Origin: Octopus vulgaris
Taxonomy: Eukaryota
Reading direction: 5' to 3'
DNA length: 64,000 bases
NCBI GenBank assembly: GCA_951406725.2
Contig: OX597821.1
Span: 49,166,001-49,230,000 of the forward strand
The position numbers and the translations under genes were made by a program. The notes beneath the pieces were generated by a model, which had not been told where the DNA came from, did not search any database, and was given only the letters and a program-made list of their open reading frames with translations. Of the stretch, positions 13,365-27,667 are shown one piece after another (within the stretch, counting starts at the first letter, position 1; each line of letters starts with the position of its first letter).

Positions 13365-13845
13365 CATCATCATCATTTAGCATCCATTGTCCATGCTGGC
13401 ATGGTTTTGACAGTTTGACTGGGCTGGCATACTGGAAGGCTGTGCCAGGCTCCAGTCTGATTTGACATGGTTTTCTATGGCTGGATACCTTTTCCTAACG
13501 CCAACCACTCTGAGAGTGTAATAGGTGTTTTTACGTGCCACTGGCATGGGTGCCATTTGTGTGACACCAGTATCTGCCATGACTGCAATTTTCCTTGGCT
13601 TGATGGATCTTCTTCCCAAGTATGACATAATTCCAAAGCCACTTTGCCTTTATGAGGTCAAATGCTTGAAAAGAACTCGGCCTCCTTGCTTCCATGCGGC
13701 CCACTCAAAAGGAACTCAGCCACCATGCCTACATGTGGCCTGCTCAAAAGGAACTCAGCCACCTCACCTCTGTGAGGCCCAGCACTCAAAAGGAGCTCAG
13801 CCACTTTGCCTCCATGAGACCCAACACTCAAAAGGAACTCAGTTT
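13365..13845 (-). mobile_element. RTE 3' end with a ~40-bp tandem array
   Basis: (TCA)n tail and ggatac/gccttttcctaacgccaaccact. Five units of aaaggaactcagccac...ggccc..ctc at 13665-13842. Confidence 0.75.
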
Positions 13846-14040
13846 AATTCAAATTTCTAGGTACTTAAAATTTCAAAGCGTGATTCTAATCCTCAGCTAT
13901 TCGAAATTTGAATGAGAAATCATTTGGAGAAGGGTAGTTGTTATTACTGAGAGGTGGGCTGCGATTGGTCGAGAAAGGTCATGTAGTGTCACAATTTGAT
14001 GTTGGTACTTCAGCAACAACAATTATTTGGAAAACACCAC
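13840..14040 (-). repeat. Dispersed repeat (second copy 19480-19675, opposite strand) with a hammerhead-like core
   Basis: ~190 bp of reverse-complement similarity, e.g. tcgaaatttgaatgagaaatca / tgatttctcattcaaatttcga. Confidence 0.75.
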
Positions 14041-14382
14041 ATGTTGAAGAGGAAATCAACTGTGATGTGAAGATGTGAGAGTAAATATGTATACATGTGT
14101 GTATATATGTGCTTATATGTCTGTGTATGTGTGTCTGTATGTGTGTGTATATGTTTGCATAGGTGCACATGCACACATCTACATACACACACACACATAC
14201 ATATATGTATGTGTGTATGTTTGTGTGCATGCATACAATATGCTCATGTATATGCACATGTATGTATACATTTGTATTTATGCATGTGCATGCATGTATA
14301 CATAGGCATACACATACACATACATACATATGTATGTGTATGTGTGTATATATATATGTGTGTGTGTGTGTATGTATATATA

Positions 14383-15105
<723 letters not shown>

Positions 15106-15256
15106 CTCTCTCTATATATATAGTTGAAATTTACAGGAAAACAAAAGATGAAGACAGGTGTATGAACAACAAGCAGGTGTATTAGTTTGATGCTCAGTGA
15201 GAAAGTCTTTTATGTTTTGAGCCTATACATATATATATATATATACATACATACCA

Positions 15257-15820
15257 TCAAAATCAATATCAAATTAAATATCAAATGGATATTGTAGTTA
15301 CAACACCTGTGCCGGCGGCACGTAAAATGCACTATCTGAACGTAGCCGATGCCAGCGCTGCCATGACTGGTTTCTGTGCCGGTGGCACATGACCTGCTGT
15401 GCTTGAGGAGACCTATTGAGTCAAGTACATAAACATCGAAATAAATATCAAATGGAAATAGTAGTTGTGATACCTGTGCCAGTGGCACGTAAAAAGCACC
15501 ATCCGAACGTGGCTGAAGCACCATCTGAACATGGCCGATGCCAGCGCCACTTTGACTGGCTTCTGTGCCGGTGGCACGTAAAAAGCACCAACCGATCGTG
15601 GCCACTGCTAGCCTCCCCTGGCACCTGTGCCAGTGGCACATAAAAAGCACCCATTACACTCACAGAGTGGTTGGCGTTAGGAAGGGCATCCAGCTGTAGA
15701 AACACGGCCAGATCAGACTGGAGCCTGGTGCAGCCGCCTGGCTTCCCAGACCCCGGTCAAACCGTCCAACCCGTGCTAACACGGAAAACAGATGTTAAAC
15801 GATGATGATGATGATGATCA
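15257..15820 (+). mobile_element. RTE LINE 3' end
   Basis: Repeated tgccggtggcacgtaaaaagcacc units, ggcgttaggaagggcatccagctgtagaaac, (GAT)n tail. Confidence 0.85.
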
Positions 15821-15884
15821 TCATCATCATCATCATCACGCTCAAATGGTGTTTTTTACATGCCATCTTCATAGGAGCCAGTTT

Positions 15885-18340
15885 GATGCTCAGAAAAGTG
15901 AGAAAGTCTTTTATGCTTTGAGCCTATGTTCTTCAACAGAGAGGAATAAGAGAAAATGAACAGAGAGAGAATAAAAAACTAGTGGATTTAGCAATCAAGC
16001 ATAGTGGCTGGTTGGGGGAAAATGGTTTGACAGGAGAGGTAGAAAGAAGGAGAGATAATAAAGTATTGGTGATCCCAAAACGAAGGTGTGTGTGTGTGTA
16101 TGTCAGAAAATGTGTCTGTGTATGGATAGAGGCTCATGACTTTGACATGTGGATGTGTGCATGTGTAAGTGTGTGCATCTGTAATGTGTGGATGTATGGG
16201 TGTGCAGATGATGGTGTGTGGTGTGGGTGCTAGGAATTGATCAGTGCTAGTGTGTTGAGTGATGTGGATTGGTGTGAGGGTGGGATGGGTGGAGGTGTGA
16301 CAGTAGGGTGGGGTATGTGGAAGTGGGAGTGGAGTGTGGGTGGAAGGAATATCAATGGTGAGAGAAGGTGGATAGGAGTGAAGAGAGGCAGTAGGTGTCA
16401 GAGGAAGAGAAAGGAAGGGAGTTGAACCTATGTGGTGCAAAAGAGTGAAGAGTAATTCCTGTTCACAGTGAAGGCGGGAGTCTGGATGGCCCCTGTGTAA
16501 AGACAATCCAAACACAGACCAGTGTTGTAGTGAGTGACCAGTAGAGCGGAAATGGCATGAGACCGGGATGTCATTGCTGAGTCTGATGTCTCGGAGGTGC
16601 TCTGCAAACTGGTCAGCCAAGCAGGGGAACAAGACAGGTTGGGAGATGGGGTTAAGGAAGAAACTGTTGATCAGGAGGTCACACAAGTTGTGGACTTGTT
16701 TGAAGGAGGGAAGGGTATATTGGGGAACATGTGTGAGGTGGAGGTGTTGCAGGAAGGCTTGGAGAATGGTGCGTTGGAGGGGCAGGGTGAAGGGAATTGA
16801 AAGATGTGCAACAGCAGGGCAGGTGCAGGAATAGAGAGCAGAGGCACAGTCCATGGAACGTGCTCTGGTGAAGGATGTGTAGATAGTGGTGACAGGATAT
16901 CCATGAAGGATGAAGTGGTGGGCCATGAGTCGAGACTAAGTCTCAAAGTCATGGTTGTCACTGCAGAGCCTGCACAGATGGAGGAATTGGGAGTAGGGGA
17001 TGGAGAGCTTGATGTGAGTAGGTGGGAGGAGGAGAAGTTGAGGTATGAGTGTGAGTCAGTGTGTTTGTAGTGGATGGAGTTAGTGAGAGTGGAGTGATGT
17101 ATGTTGACCGATATGTCGAGAAATGCGATGGAAGTGTTGGAAATAGTGCAGGAGAATTCGAGGGCAGGATGGAAGGATTGGATAAAAGAGAAGAAGGATT
17201 CTAGTTGTTCATTGGAAAGTGAGGTTGCACCGATACAGTCATCAATATAACAACCGTATAATTCAGGAGTGGGAGCAGTGAATCTGGAGAATATTTGGGC
17301 CTCAACATAGCCAACGAAGTTCACATAGTTAGGGCCCATTCTCCTTCCCATGGCCACTCCTGAGATCTGTTGGTAAAAATCCCATGTGAATAAGAAGCAG
17401 TTGAGGGTGAGAACAAGTTTGGTTAGATGAAGACATGTGGAGGTATCAGGTTGGGGGTTGAGTCAATGGTCTAGGAAGTGTTGGAGTGCAAGAAGTCCTT
17501 CGTTGTGTGGGATCATCCTATATATAGACTCTTGATATCAAGAGTGAAGAGAAGTTTAGAGGGGCCAGGAGGGAAGGAGAAAGAGTTGCAGAGACGGAGA
17601 ACATGGTTAGTGTCATGGATGTGGAAGGGGAGGGAAGCCACAAGGGGGCAAGGACATGGTAGAGGTATTTTGAGATCAATTCCATGGAGTAGTTACAGGC
17701 AGAAACAATGGGCAGCCAGGGTTGTTGGGCTTCTAGATTTTGGGAAGGAAGTAAATGGTGGGGGTGCGTAGAGTGTAGACAATGAGGTTGGAGACAGTGG
17801 GAGGGAGACGAGGAAGGAGATGAGGTCATGGATAGTGGAGGACACAATCTGTTGGTAGCTAGACTTAGAGCAAGGGCAGAGGACATTAGAAGGAGGTGTC
17901 TTGAAGTTGGTGAAAAGCTTCAGCCTTGTCGAGATCTGTGCGCCACACCACCATGGCTCCACTCTTGTCAGCCAGTTTTATGATGATGTCTTTGCAGCAT
18001 CAGAGACATCAAAGGGCCGAAAGTTCGGCTAGGGAAATGTTAAACTGTCAGGGATGCCTGCGAAAGTTGAACTGGTCCACAACACATTGGCAGATGCTTG
18101 CAAAATGATTGACTGCTTGGAACTGGCCGGAAGCTGACATACAGTGGGATGGATGGGGAAAGAGAAGAGAAAAAGATGGAATAAGCAAGTGGGAGAAGAT
18201 ATTAGAATGCACGGTGGCATGCATAAGGCGGTAGGAAGTAGTGCAGGGTATAGCTAGAATAGCAGAAGCAGAGTGAAAAGTGGGGTGGAAATGGAGGCAG
18301 AAACCTTTGGGGATGAGGTGATGGTGAAGGCAGTGACATA
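15885..18340 (-). mobile_element. Penelope-like element, near-complete but decayed (RT, GIY-YIG C-terminus, 3' repeat)
   Basis: GVAMGRRMGPNY, YGCYIDDCIG, FLDISV and HYKHTDSHSYLNFSSSH in ORF 16671..17357. FAEHLRDIR..PVSCHF..RLHCEQELLFTL in ORF 15988..16926. HHLIPKGF at the N-terminus. Many frameshifts. Confidence 0.9.
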
Positions 18341-18499
18341 CACATACACTCACACAGGATGTACTTGCACATCCACTTGTGTGTGCATCTGCATGTGTAT
18401 ATATACTTGCGTGAGTATGTACAAGGGGTGAGAGTATGTGGGTGGATAGGCATGAACAAGTGTTGGGGATTGGTGGTTGGCAGTCCTGCTCATGAGGGT

Positions 18500-19260
18500 T
18501 GGCTGGTGCAGGGGAGCAGTTGGTACTAAGGTGCCAGGTGAATATATTGGTGCCCTGTCAATAATAGTCCACTTGATGCTGGGTGTTTTGTCTTGGAGGT
18601 CATGGAGTCTTCAGAGAAAGCGAGACAGGGAATTAGAGTCCTTTCTATCCCTGGATCTAAATGAGTGCATGCACTGAGAGTATCTTCCCTTGAAGTCATT
18701 GGCTGTCATACCAACCAGTGTAGTGCCTAGTAATGCCATCAGATGGTGTATGAGTGGCTCTGGATACTACAGCCCTTGAGAGGCAGAATTCTTCTAGAGA
18801 GTAGGTGGTGGAGTTTCAGACGTTGCAAGGATTGAGGTTTGTGTGGTTACATTTTTATGAATGTTGGTGCATGTGATGTTAGATGTGATGTTGTCTAAGA
18901 AGGATTAACTCACCTTGACATTATGGGGTTTGAAGAGTTTGTAATACTTATGGCCTCTGGGGAAAGGTTTCTTAATTAACAACAAGAAGCCCCTAGCTAC
19001 ATTGGCAGAAATTTTTAGGTTGAATGGTATGTGTGTGGAGGGGTTAAACCAGATAATTTTCCTTTTTCTAATACTTTTGGGTGAGGAGAGTGGGTTTGAG
19101 GATCATCTACATACGTGAGCTTCTCAGTAAACCCACTCCTAGCCAAAACATCATTGTTGTTGGTGGGGGTTCTATTAAAGATCTCCCTGTTGTCTGAGAG
19201 TTTAGATGCCCATTTGCTAACACCTGAAATCAGGTTTCTAATTACAGCAGGGTGGGGGTT
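18500..19260 (-). mobile_element. Second Penelope-like element fragment (linker and GIY-YIG)
   Basis: Minus strand encodes RKRKIIWFNPP, FLLLIKKPFPRGHKYYKLFKPHNVKVS, VGMTANDFKGRYSQCMHSFRS and IKWTIIDRAPIYSPG. Confidence 0.85.
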
Positions 19261-19479
19261 GAGCTCTTGTGGATGTATACTGTTTCCTCATTAGGCTTCC
19301 TGTAGAAATAGTACTTACACAAATGCATAAATACAGACGCACTTACATAGACATATATGCACATATACACACATATATATTCATATATGCTCACACATTT
19401 ACACATAACACCACCCCTTTCTACTTCCCCTCCAACCACATGACCAATTTTCTGTCCACCACACAGTTTACTAGGCAGT

Positions 19480-19675
19480 CTTTTCCAAGTAATTGTTGTC
19501 GCAGAAATACCAATATCAAACTGTGACACTGCATGACCTTTCTCAATCAATTACAGCCCACCTTCCAGTAATAACAATTCACCTTCTCCAACTGATTTCT
19601 CATTCAAATTTCGAATGGCTGAAGATTAGCATCACACTTTGAAACTTAAAGTCCTAAGGAATTTGAATCAAACTG
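19480..19675 (+). repeat. Dispersed repeat copy with hammerhead-like core
   Basis: Homologous to 13840-14040. tggCTGAAGA..GAAACttaaaGTCcta at 19616-19656. Confidence 0.7.
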
Positions 19676-19681
19676 TTTTGA

Positions 19682-19716
<35 letters not shown>

Positions 19717-21539
19717 CCAGATGTGTGTGTGTGTGTGTGTGTGATGTGTGTGTGTATATGTATATATATGTGTGTGTGTGTATGTATGTATGTATGTATG
19801 TATGTATGTATACACACACACATACACACATATATATATATGATCACCCAACCAATTAATCCCTACTCTTCATATCACCCTTCCCTACCACACCATATCA
19901 TCCACTGCAGTTCATTTTCCCCCTCATCCTGATAAGACTTTTCTCTCTTGCAACCTAGGATCATCTCATTTGTTAGCCATTCTTCAATCATTAATATTGT
20001 TTGCCACACCCACATGTTAAGTATGTAACCCTCCAACTTTGAATAATTATGTGTAAATTAGGAATAATTTATTAACAGCCATCAAATGATGCTGTATACA
20101 TATATATATATATTCAAGTTTTGAATAGTGATTAGGTGACTGAAAGTCAGTAGCCATTACCATATAAAGGTGTATTTAGACAGCAACAAAGTTTTGCTGT
20201 TTTTCTGATTAGTTTTTGCTTAGCTTCAGATCATCCCTCATCAACCAGTCCCAATCAATCAGCTCTAATCAATCAGACCAAAGATTAAAGATATTTCATC
20301 CATAAATAATCCATTTTTCTCCATTCAGACCTATTTTCTATCTAGGGTGACATAATCTAATGTGTCCCCTAAAAAAAAATACAGGCATGTTTTATGAAAT
20401 ACGTTGCTGCTATTTCCGTTAAGACCAGCAATCACTTTGAAACAGGCTTATTAACACATCAACAAACAAATTTTAGTGGCAGAACAGCAGTACCTCACCA
20501 TCTTAGTGTGTTGCTTGTTATTTTAGTGTTACTGTTGTATACATTATATTGCTACTTACTTCACACCATCTTTTTTCTTCAATTTTCTGTCTTATTTATT
20601 AATAAATATCACCACCAATACCACTGCCACTACTACCACTACTTCTTCCATCACCTCTGCTGCCACCATCACCACTACTAACATTACTGTCATAGAAACA
20701 TATGGAAAATATTTCATAAACTGATATTAAGGCTGATAGTACACTGTTTAGTACACTGTTCCAATAGTTTTGACATGCCATGACAGCTGGAGTCTGGTTG
20801 TGTTTCACCTATTTAAGTACAGTATCACATAATGAGAACTTCCTCCTCCTCCTCCTCCTCATTTTAATGCCAATATTTTCACATTAACATATATCAGAAG
20901 AGTCCTCACTATGACATATCCCTACTCCCCTGTGTCATCCATTGATGCTCAAAGAACTGACCTCACCTCACCCACCCACACTTTCATGCTCCTCCTTTGC
21001 TGTGGTTAACTTTTACTTCGGTCAAACCATAATATCTCTTTGATTGAGCAACTGTCATACAAGCACATCACATGACCATACCAGTGCTGCCACCTCTTTT
21101 GCACACATCCCTTAATATAATTAGCTGCTGGATTCTCCAGAGAGAGCCACAAATTTTCTTCAAATTGCATCTTACCATTTACAAAAAGAATGGATATATT
21201 AAATAATGTAGTCCTATAAAAGATGTGATGGTTGTGGCTGGAAAGCCTTTTATTATAGAAGGGTAACCAAGAATTATTAAGTTAACATTATTCACCCAAA
21301 ATATCTACCCATTTCTGCCCAGTGTCTTTCCATTTCCACAAGTCAATGCCAACATCATACTTCTTACCACATTTCATATTATCACATCCATCAAAAACCA
21401 GAAGTTGTGACATTGGGGCTTAAATACTCCTTTGAAATATGGAACTATCAGAATCACACAAAACACTGTTCTACTCAACATTCTAATGTGATAGGTTCTC
21501 AAGTATGTAATAGTGAGTGGAAGTGTTTCGAGACCAAAT

Positions 21540-21832
21540 CTGACACCTGGGAAATGTAAGCACAGAACCATCCTGCCAGGTGTAGCTGCACCAAGAGAGG
21601 TGCCACCTCCTATGAGTAGAATAGGATTACAGGAGCACAAAGAAAACACAAGCGGCACAAGTCCAGAGTCAACTCTTTGCCTTCATTCCTAGCAGACCAC
21701 CAGTGCTCAACCTGTGACATAACCTTCAAAGCATGCATCAACCTGATTGGACACAGCTAGATGCACCATGACCCATCTTCTTCTATGTGATGTCCTTGGT
21801 CATTGTCAATGATGATGGGCAAACATTATTAG
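21540..21832 (+). mobile_element. RTE (BovB-like) LINE 3' end
   Basis: Encodes ..GATSYEXNRITGAQRK..HQCSTCDITFKACINLIGH, then gtcattgtcaatgatgatgggcaaac, a typical RTE terminus. Confidence 0.7.
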
Positions 21833-22689
21833 TGAGCAGAAAAGATGTAAATAGATGAGATTATCTGAGTAGTAAGTACACAAAAACTGCCTCTGGATAT
21901 TAAAAGACCTTGGAGAAAGGTTTTGTGAAATAATTTCAGTTGACTATTCAACTTCCTATTCTACATATGTAAGGTCCTACACTAACAAACTACACAACAC
22001 TGCACTTATAAAAACACTACACAGCACTTACAAATTATACCTCACTACACTTTTGAATGATATACATCACTATACTTGTAAACTATAATTCACTACACTT
22101 GTAATCTATTCCCAACTAATCTTATAAACTATATACACCACCAGATTTATGAAATAAATACTCCACAAATCTTATAGGTTTTACTCTGCTATACTTATAA
22201 GTCCTACCCATTAAACATGTGAAAAATTCATCAATTTCTATGTTGAATTGTATCACTGACAAAGTGAGATTGTATTTGTAAATGTAAGTAAATATGAAAA
22301 GAAAAGTCACTACTTGAAACAGTGGGAGCACTGCAGTATTGCTGGATGTATCATTAGATTGCAATTGATGAGCTCAATACCAAACATATGTATAAAAGGA
22401 TAGATAAGTATCAGTAGGGGTGGATAAAGGAGTATTGGTGGGTAGATGTAGGTTTTGTTGGACAGGAGCAGGTAAGTATGTATATTGGTTGGTAACAGGT
22501 GGATGGGTGTGTAAGAGTGTATAGAAGTGGGTATATCTGAGTTGGAATTCATAAAGTGGGTATTGGTGAATAGCAACAAAAATAGAGAAATAATATATGC
22601 CCAAAATATCATATTGTGACATATACAGAGATGGACTAGAAAGTAGAGAAAGAGAGAAAGGGGGAGAGAAGGAGAGAGAGAGAAAGACT

Positions 22690-23300
22690 GATATTTTTGT
22701 TGGCATTCCAGCATCTGTCTAGGTGTTTTCTGAAGGAGTGTGTTTAGATGTCCTTTGATGTGAATGTGTAATGGTCTGGTTGTGCTACCCATGTAGAAAT
22801 TGTTGCATCTGTTACATTAGATTTGATATACAGCATGTACCTGTTGGCATAAATCTGTGTTACAATTTAGGCCAATGATAGAAATTTAGGCAATTTAAGA
22901 ATTAAGGAGGCTATCCTCATAGACAGACTAAGGCCCCAAAATATCAACCGTTAGAAATTAACATTCACTATTTTATTTAACAACATCGACACCCTGCATG
23001 CATGATGGTAATATGCTTATATAACAAAACATTATATAAAAATGCACATATAATACATAACTTGGAAACAGCGCTATGAATATGCCAACACACATGAGCT
23101 CAAGACACAACTACCCTTACACACTTCTCGTTAGGAATTCCGGGAGGAACTTCATGAGACCATTAGAGGAATGCTTCTGACAGATTTCAGTAACTGTTAG
23201 AGGAATAAGAAAACCAACTATAACAGTGGCTTCATTACTTCCTAGCAATCTCAGAAGAAGGAATTTTTATATTCCAAAATATTAGACTATGAATAATTAA
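22690..23300. mobile_element. Penelope-like GIY-YIG remnant in inverted arrangement, with degenerate hammerhead
   Basis: Minus 22700-22850 encodes AVYQI.CNRCNNFYMGSTTRPLHIHIKGH. Plus 22900-22950 encodes IKEAILIDRLRP. cagaagaaggaatt..attccaaaatattagact at 23250-23288. Confidence 0.75.
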
Positions 23301-23402
23301 ATTATTTCTAACAGTTATTATAGTCCACTCTGCATTGTTGTACCATTCCTGACACATTTCATTTCAAAAAGAAATATTTTACTCTTAATATTATCTATTC
23401 TA

Positions 23403-23635
23403 AGGTGGTGAGCTGGCAGAATCTTTAGCACACCGGGCGAAATGCTTAGCAGTATTTTGCCTGCCACTACGTTCTGAGTTCAAATTCTGCCGAGGTTGAC
23501 TTAGCCTTTCATCCTTTCGGGGTTGATTAAATAAGTACCAGTTATGCACTGAAGTCAATGTAATTGACTTAATCCCTTTGTCTGACCTTGTTTGTCCCCT
23601 CTATATTTAACCCCCAGTGGGCAATAAAGAAATAA
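23403..23635 (+). mobile_element. tRNA-derived SINE type B, full length
   Basis: aggtggtgagctggcagaat (A box), gagttcaaattc (B box), gcctttcatcctttcggggttgattaaataagtaccag core, A-rich tail. Confidence 0.9.
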
Positions 23636-24151
23636 ATATTATCTGTTCTGTCAGTTGTCCATTTTAATGTTATCTAGAAAACAAAACTTTTGCACAAGAT
23701 AGAATTAAATTTCTTGACACATGATATACATTTTTCTAACAGAAAATATTTTAGTTTTACTATTTTTACTGTAAATATTGGATATCATTTTGTGGTTAAT
23801 TTGTTTTCCAAGAAAACTAGAATGATACATAGAATATAGCAGAGATGATTGCTAGTGTAGTACAAATGCTAATTCAGAATGCAATGAGCATTATTATAAC
23901 AAGACAAATTTTGTTATGCAAGATAAACAGCATATGTTCAGATGGCACTGCATAATGGTGCAGGAAATAAATATGGTAAGAACTAATGCAGATACATATT
24001 AATTGCAAATTATGTATATGTGCACACACTCACTCACACACACGACTATAAGTATATACTGTGCTACATATAGCAACCTCAAAGAAAGACAAAACAATAC
24101 ATTTGAAGAGGAACAATTTTATTACACTCATATATATACATATCTGTTTCT

Positions 24152-24186
<35 letters not shown>

Positions 24187-24220
24187 ACTCTCTTCATTCC
24201 TCTCTTTTTCATCTATCTAC

Positions 24221-24308
24221 GCCTTGGGCAAGTGTCTTCTACTATATCCTCACTTAGACTAAAGCCTTGTGAGTGGACTTGGTAGACAGAAACTGAAAGA
24301 AGCCTGTC

Positions 24309-24370
<62 letters not shown>

Positions 24371-24580
24371 GTGTGTGTGTGTCTTTGTGACTGTGTTTGT
24401 TCCCGCATCACTGCTTGACAACTGGAGTTGGTGTGTTTACATCCCTGTAACTTAGCAGTTCAGCAAAAGTACTGACAGAATAAGTACTAAAAAAAAGTAC
24501 TGAGTTCAATTTGTTCAACTAAAACCCTTCAAGGTGGTGCTCCAGCATGGCTACAGTCAAATGTCTCAAACAAATAAAAA
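24221..24580 (+). mobile_element. SINE type A, 5'-truncated
   Basis: ccttgggcaagtgtcttctactata through gctccagcatggctacagtcaaatg. Confidence 0.85.
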
Positions 24581-24597
24581 CACACAAATATAAACAA

Positions 24598-27500
24598 CTA
24601 GCAGTATAGCCTGGCTTTGCCCGGGATTCAGTTAGGATTATTAAGCTAATCAAGTTCTTTATTTCAAACCAAACTAAGTAACATCAACATCAAATTTGGA
24701 TGAAATCTGTTGAAATTGGTAAACTTTTGGCTGAAAATGAGTTGCAGACAACTTGATTGGGTAATCCCATAAGGAATCGGTTTATCGATTTTTTCCACTC
24801 ATTGATTTTATTTTTTCCGTTTTTGGAGAACTTAAAGCATTCAAAGATCCCATGAGTCCTAAGTAATGCTGGCATCAATTTTGAACAAAATACATCAAAA
24901 TTGGTAAAAGCTATGGTTGAAAATGGGGTATAGCCAATTTTATTGGGAAATCCTATAAGGAATCGGTTTATCGATTTTCTTTTTTTCCTGATTAAATGGA
25001 AAACCCCATAAGGAATCAGTTTATTGATTCTTCACCCCAAATAGGACTTAACCGAACACAATATTGTTGATTCAAAAACATCTATATTTATACTTTAAAG
25101 TTGGTTTTCACATCCAACCCAGTCCTGCAGAATCAGTGTCACGACGGGAGCACATGGGTTGGGAGTTTGACGGCAGAGGTGATCAGGTTGCACATGTCAG
25201 CCCTTTGAAAACACCACCCTCATCATCTAACCCCCATTCGGCCATGGGTTGGGAACACTTCCAGCAAGGAAAATAGAATGTCAGAAAGGGCTCCTGATTC
25301 TCTGTGTCAGAAGTGATTATGTTCAGATCACAACTAAGTCTTAAGTATATACATATATATATAACAAAAGAGGGAGTAGTGTTTCCATGCAGGAAAAAAA
25401 TATAGGAAAATATGTTGTTGAAAATACACTTAAATTTCAAAAGCTCGTAAATGTTTAAAATACATTTCTTTTCATATATACCAAACTAGTTTCAACAATA
25501 TTTTTGGTTTATCAATGGTAAAAGTGTAAAATTAGAAAAACATCGTTATAAGTTTCAATGTTAACAAATCAAAATGTTTCAATGTTGACAAACAGAAATG
25601 TTTCAATGTTGTTAAATTAAAATGTTTCAATGTTGATAAATTATCATGTTCAAAAGAGAAGGTGTAAGTTTGAAATTAAAACTGTATATTAATTTGTTAG
25701 AATGTACAAAGTTCATTAATTTCAGTGGCGGTGGACAAGTCATACTGAAAAAACAAGTGTGAGAATTAAAATAGTAAAAAAAGGGGGAAAATTTACGATT
25801 TCGCTTGTAATGGTATGTTTTAGGGAAAGATGTATTTATAAATTTTTTTTTTCTAGGGCATTTGCGAAGTGGGAAAACCCAATCAATTTGTGGTAGCAAA
25901 CAAAGAGCTTATTATGTGGAAGTTAAGGCTAAAAGAAAGCAGTTGTAATTCAATTTGAATGGGGAAGCCTGTAAGGGATTGTTATGGGCAAACTCTAATC
26001 AAATTAAGATTTCACGCACCATAAGTAATAATCTGAGTACCCTTGTCACCTTGCTATGTAGATAGCGAATGATTTGACCTCAGGCTGAATGTGAACTCAA
26101 CAAACAATAATTATGTGTATTTTCAAAATCATGCTGTGGTGCGGCCTAATTCGAGTTTTTCTCTTTCTTCTTCTTCCTTTTTTGTCCGACAATGACATGT
26201 GCACAATCCCGCTAACTGAATGCTTCATATCATGTGCTTGTTGTTCATTTCTGGTGTTTCAATAAAAAGTTCTTACTTAATCAAGTTAGTGCAGAAACAC
26301 TATATGACTCATGAGTTCTAGGTACTAGTGTGCGTCTGTTTGGTTAGCTATAAAATGGGGTAAGAACAAAACTCAGGCTTTCTACAAATAAAGATTGCTT
26401 CATTTTGTGCTAAATCCCTTTCTTTGTTTTCGGAAATTATGTTTGCCTTTCCATCGCATATGTTTTTTAACGCGTTTGACTGAGCCTCTGCAGATTCTGA
26501 GCCCACCCAGAGGTGCAGCTGCACTGGGTAATTAATCATCACAAATTTGGCGGCTTTGTTGAAGATAAAGGAGGAGCATGTTAGAAAATCGATAAAGACC
26601 ACCATGAAAGCAAACCTTCACCAACAAAATGAAATGAATAATCAGGACTGACAAAGTTTTCAAATTTCCTAGTGAGCAGGAAAATGTGACTGGAAATTAA
26701 TTAGTATCTCGATTTTCTCTTGTAACTCAAAATACAAAAGCAAGGAATTTCACTTAAGAAAATCTTTGTATCTTAGGTCATTCATACCCCAAGTTAGGGC
26801 TAAAAGAAAAGGTTGCAGTCAATTCAAATGTGGAAACCCACAAGGAATAGTTTTATTGAGCTTCCACTGATTGATTGGTAATTTTGGTAAACTCAAATCA
26901 AATTTAAATTTCTTGCACCAAAAGGATCACCCTGATAACCTTATGCCCTTGCTGTGTAGGTAGCAAGTGATTCGATCTTAGGCTTAATGCAAACAAACAA
27001 ACATTTTTTATGAAAATCTTTTGGTGGGGTCAACTTACTCATTTTTCATTTTTAATCCTACTTGAATAAAACATCCTGGGCTCTCACTGGATAACTTAAT
27101 TCAACCAAAAGCATAAAAGTAAATCCCTTCTTAAACAGATTCATTGAATAGGCTCCAACTCTTTTATGGCATACTTAAGGAATGATAGCATATCAAGCAT
27201 ATTTGGTCTTTCATGAAAATTTCTCAAATCAAAAAAGCATGCATGTTTGAAAGCCAAAACATATGATAATGCATCTTCACAAAACACAGAAGTGCACTGA
27301 GTCATACAGACTGTCTGCAAATGCGCATGCGCATTCAACTGTCAAGGGTAAAATTATCTCCGTCCAATCAAAAAACAGCTGGCAGTCTATTGGCGTATCT
27401 AGCTGTACACACTCACCGTGTACAAATTTCTATGTTTTAACAATTTTGAATGGATATGCCCATAACTTTTGGGCATAAGGGGTCGGTTTATCGATTTTTT

Positions 27501-27667
27501 AAATGGCTTTCTGGGGTAACTGGGGAAATGAAAAGATCTTCACGACCACCCTCAGACAGTTTTGAAAGCCCATAGAAAATGCAAGCCTTTTACATGAAAA
27601 ACTGTGGATTTGTATAAAGGACACACAGACACAGAGATACACAGACATTTTGGCGTTTATATATATA
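24598..27667 (-). mobile_element. Non-autonomous Helitron
   Basis: Minus-strand 3' end: hairpin (cctggctttgcccggg) and CTAG|T at 24598-24601. Internal repeats cccataaggaatcggtttatcgatttt. Duplicated block 25920-26100 / 26790-26990. Confidence 0.7.

Noticed and set aside
13665-13842. Regularly spaced aaaggaactcagc repeats resembling a CRISPR array
   Set aside because: The spacers are similar to one another, so this is a tandem minisatellite inside a LINE 3'UTR. The context is eukaryotic and no cas genes are present.
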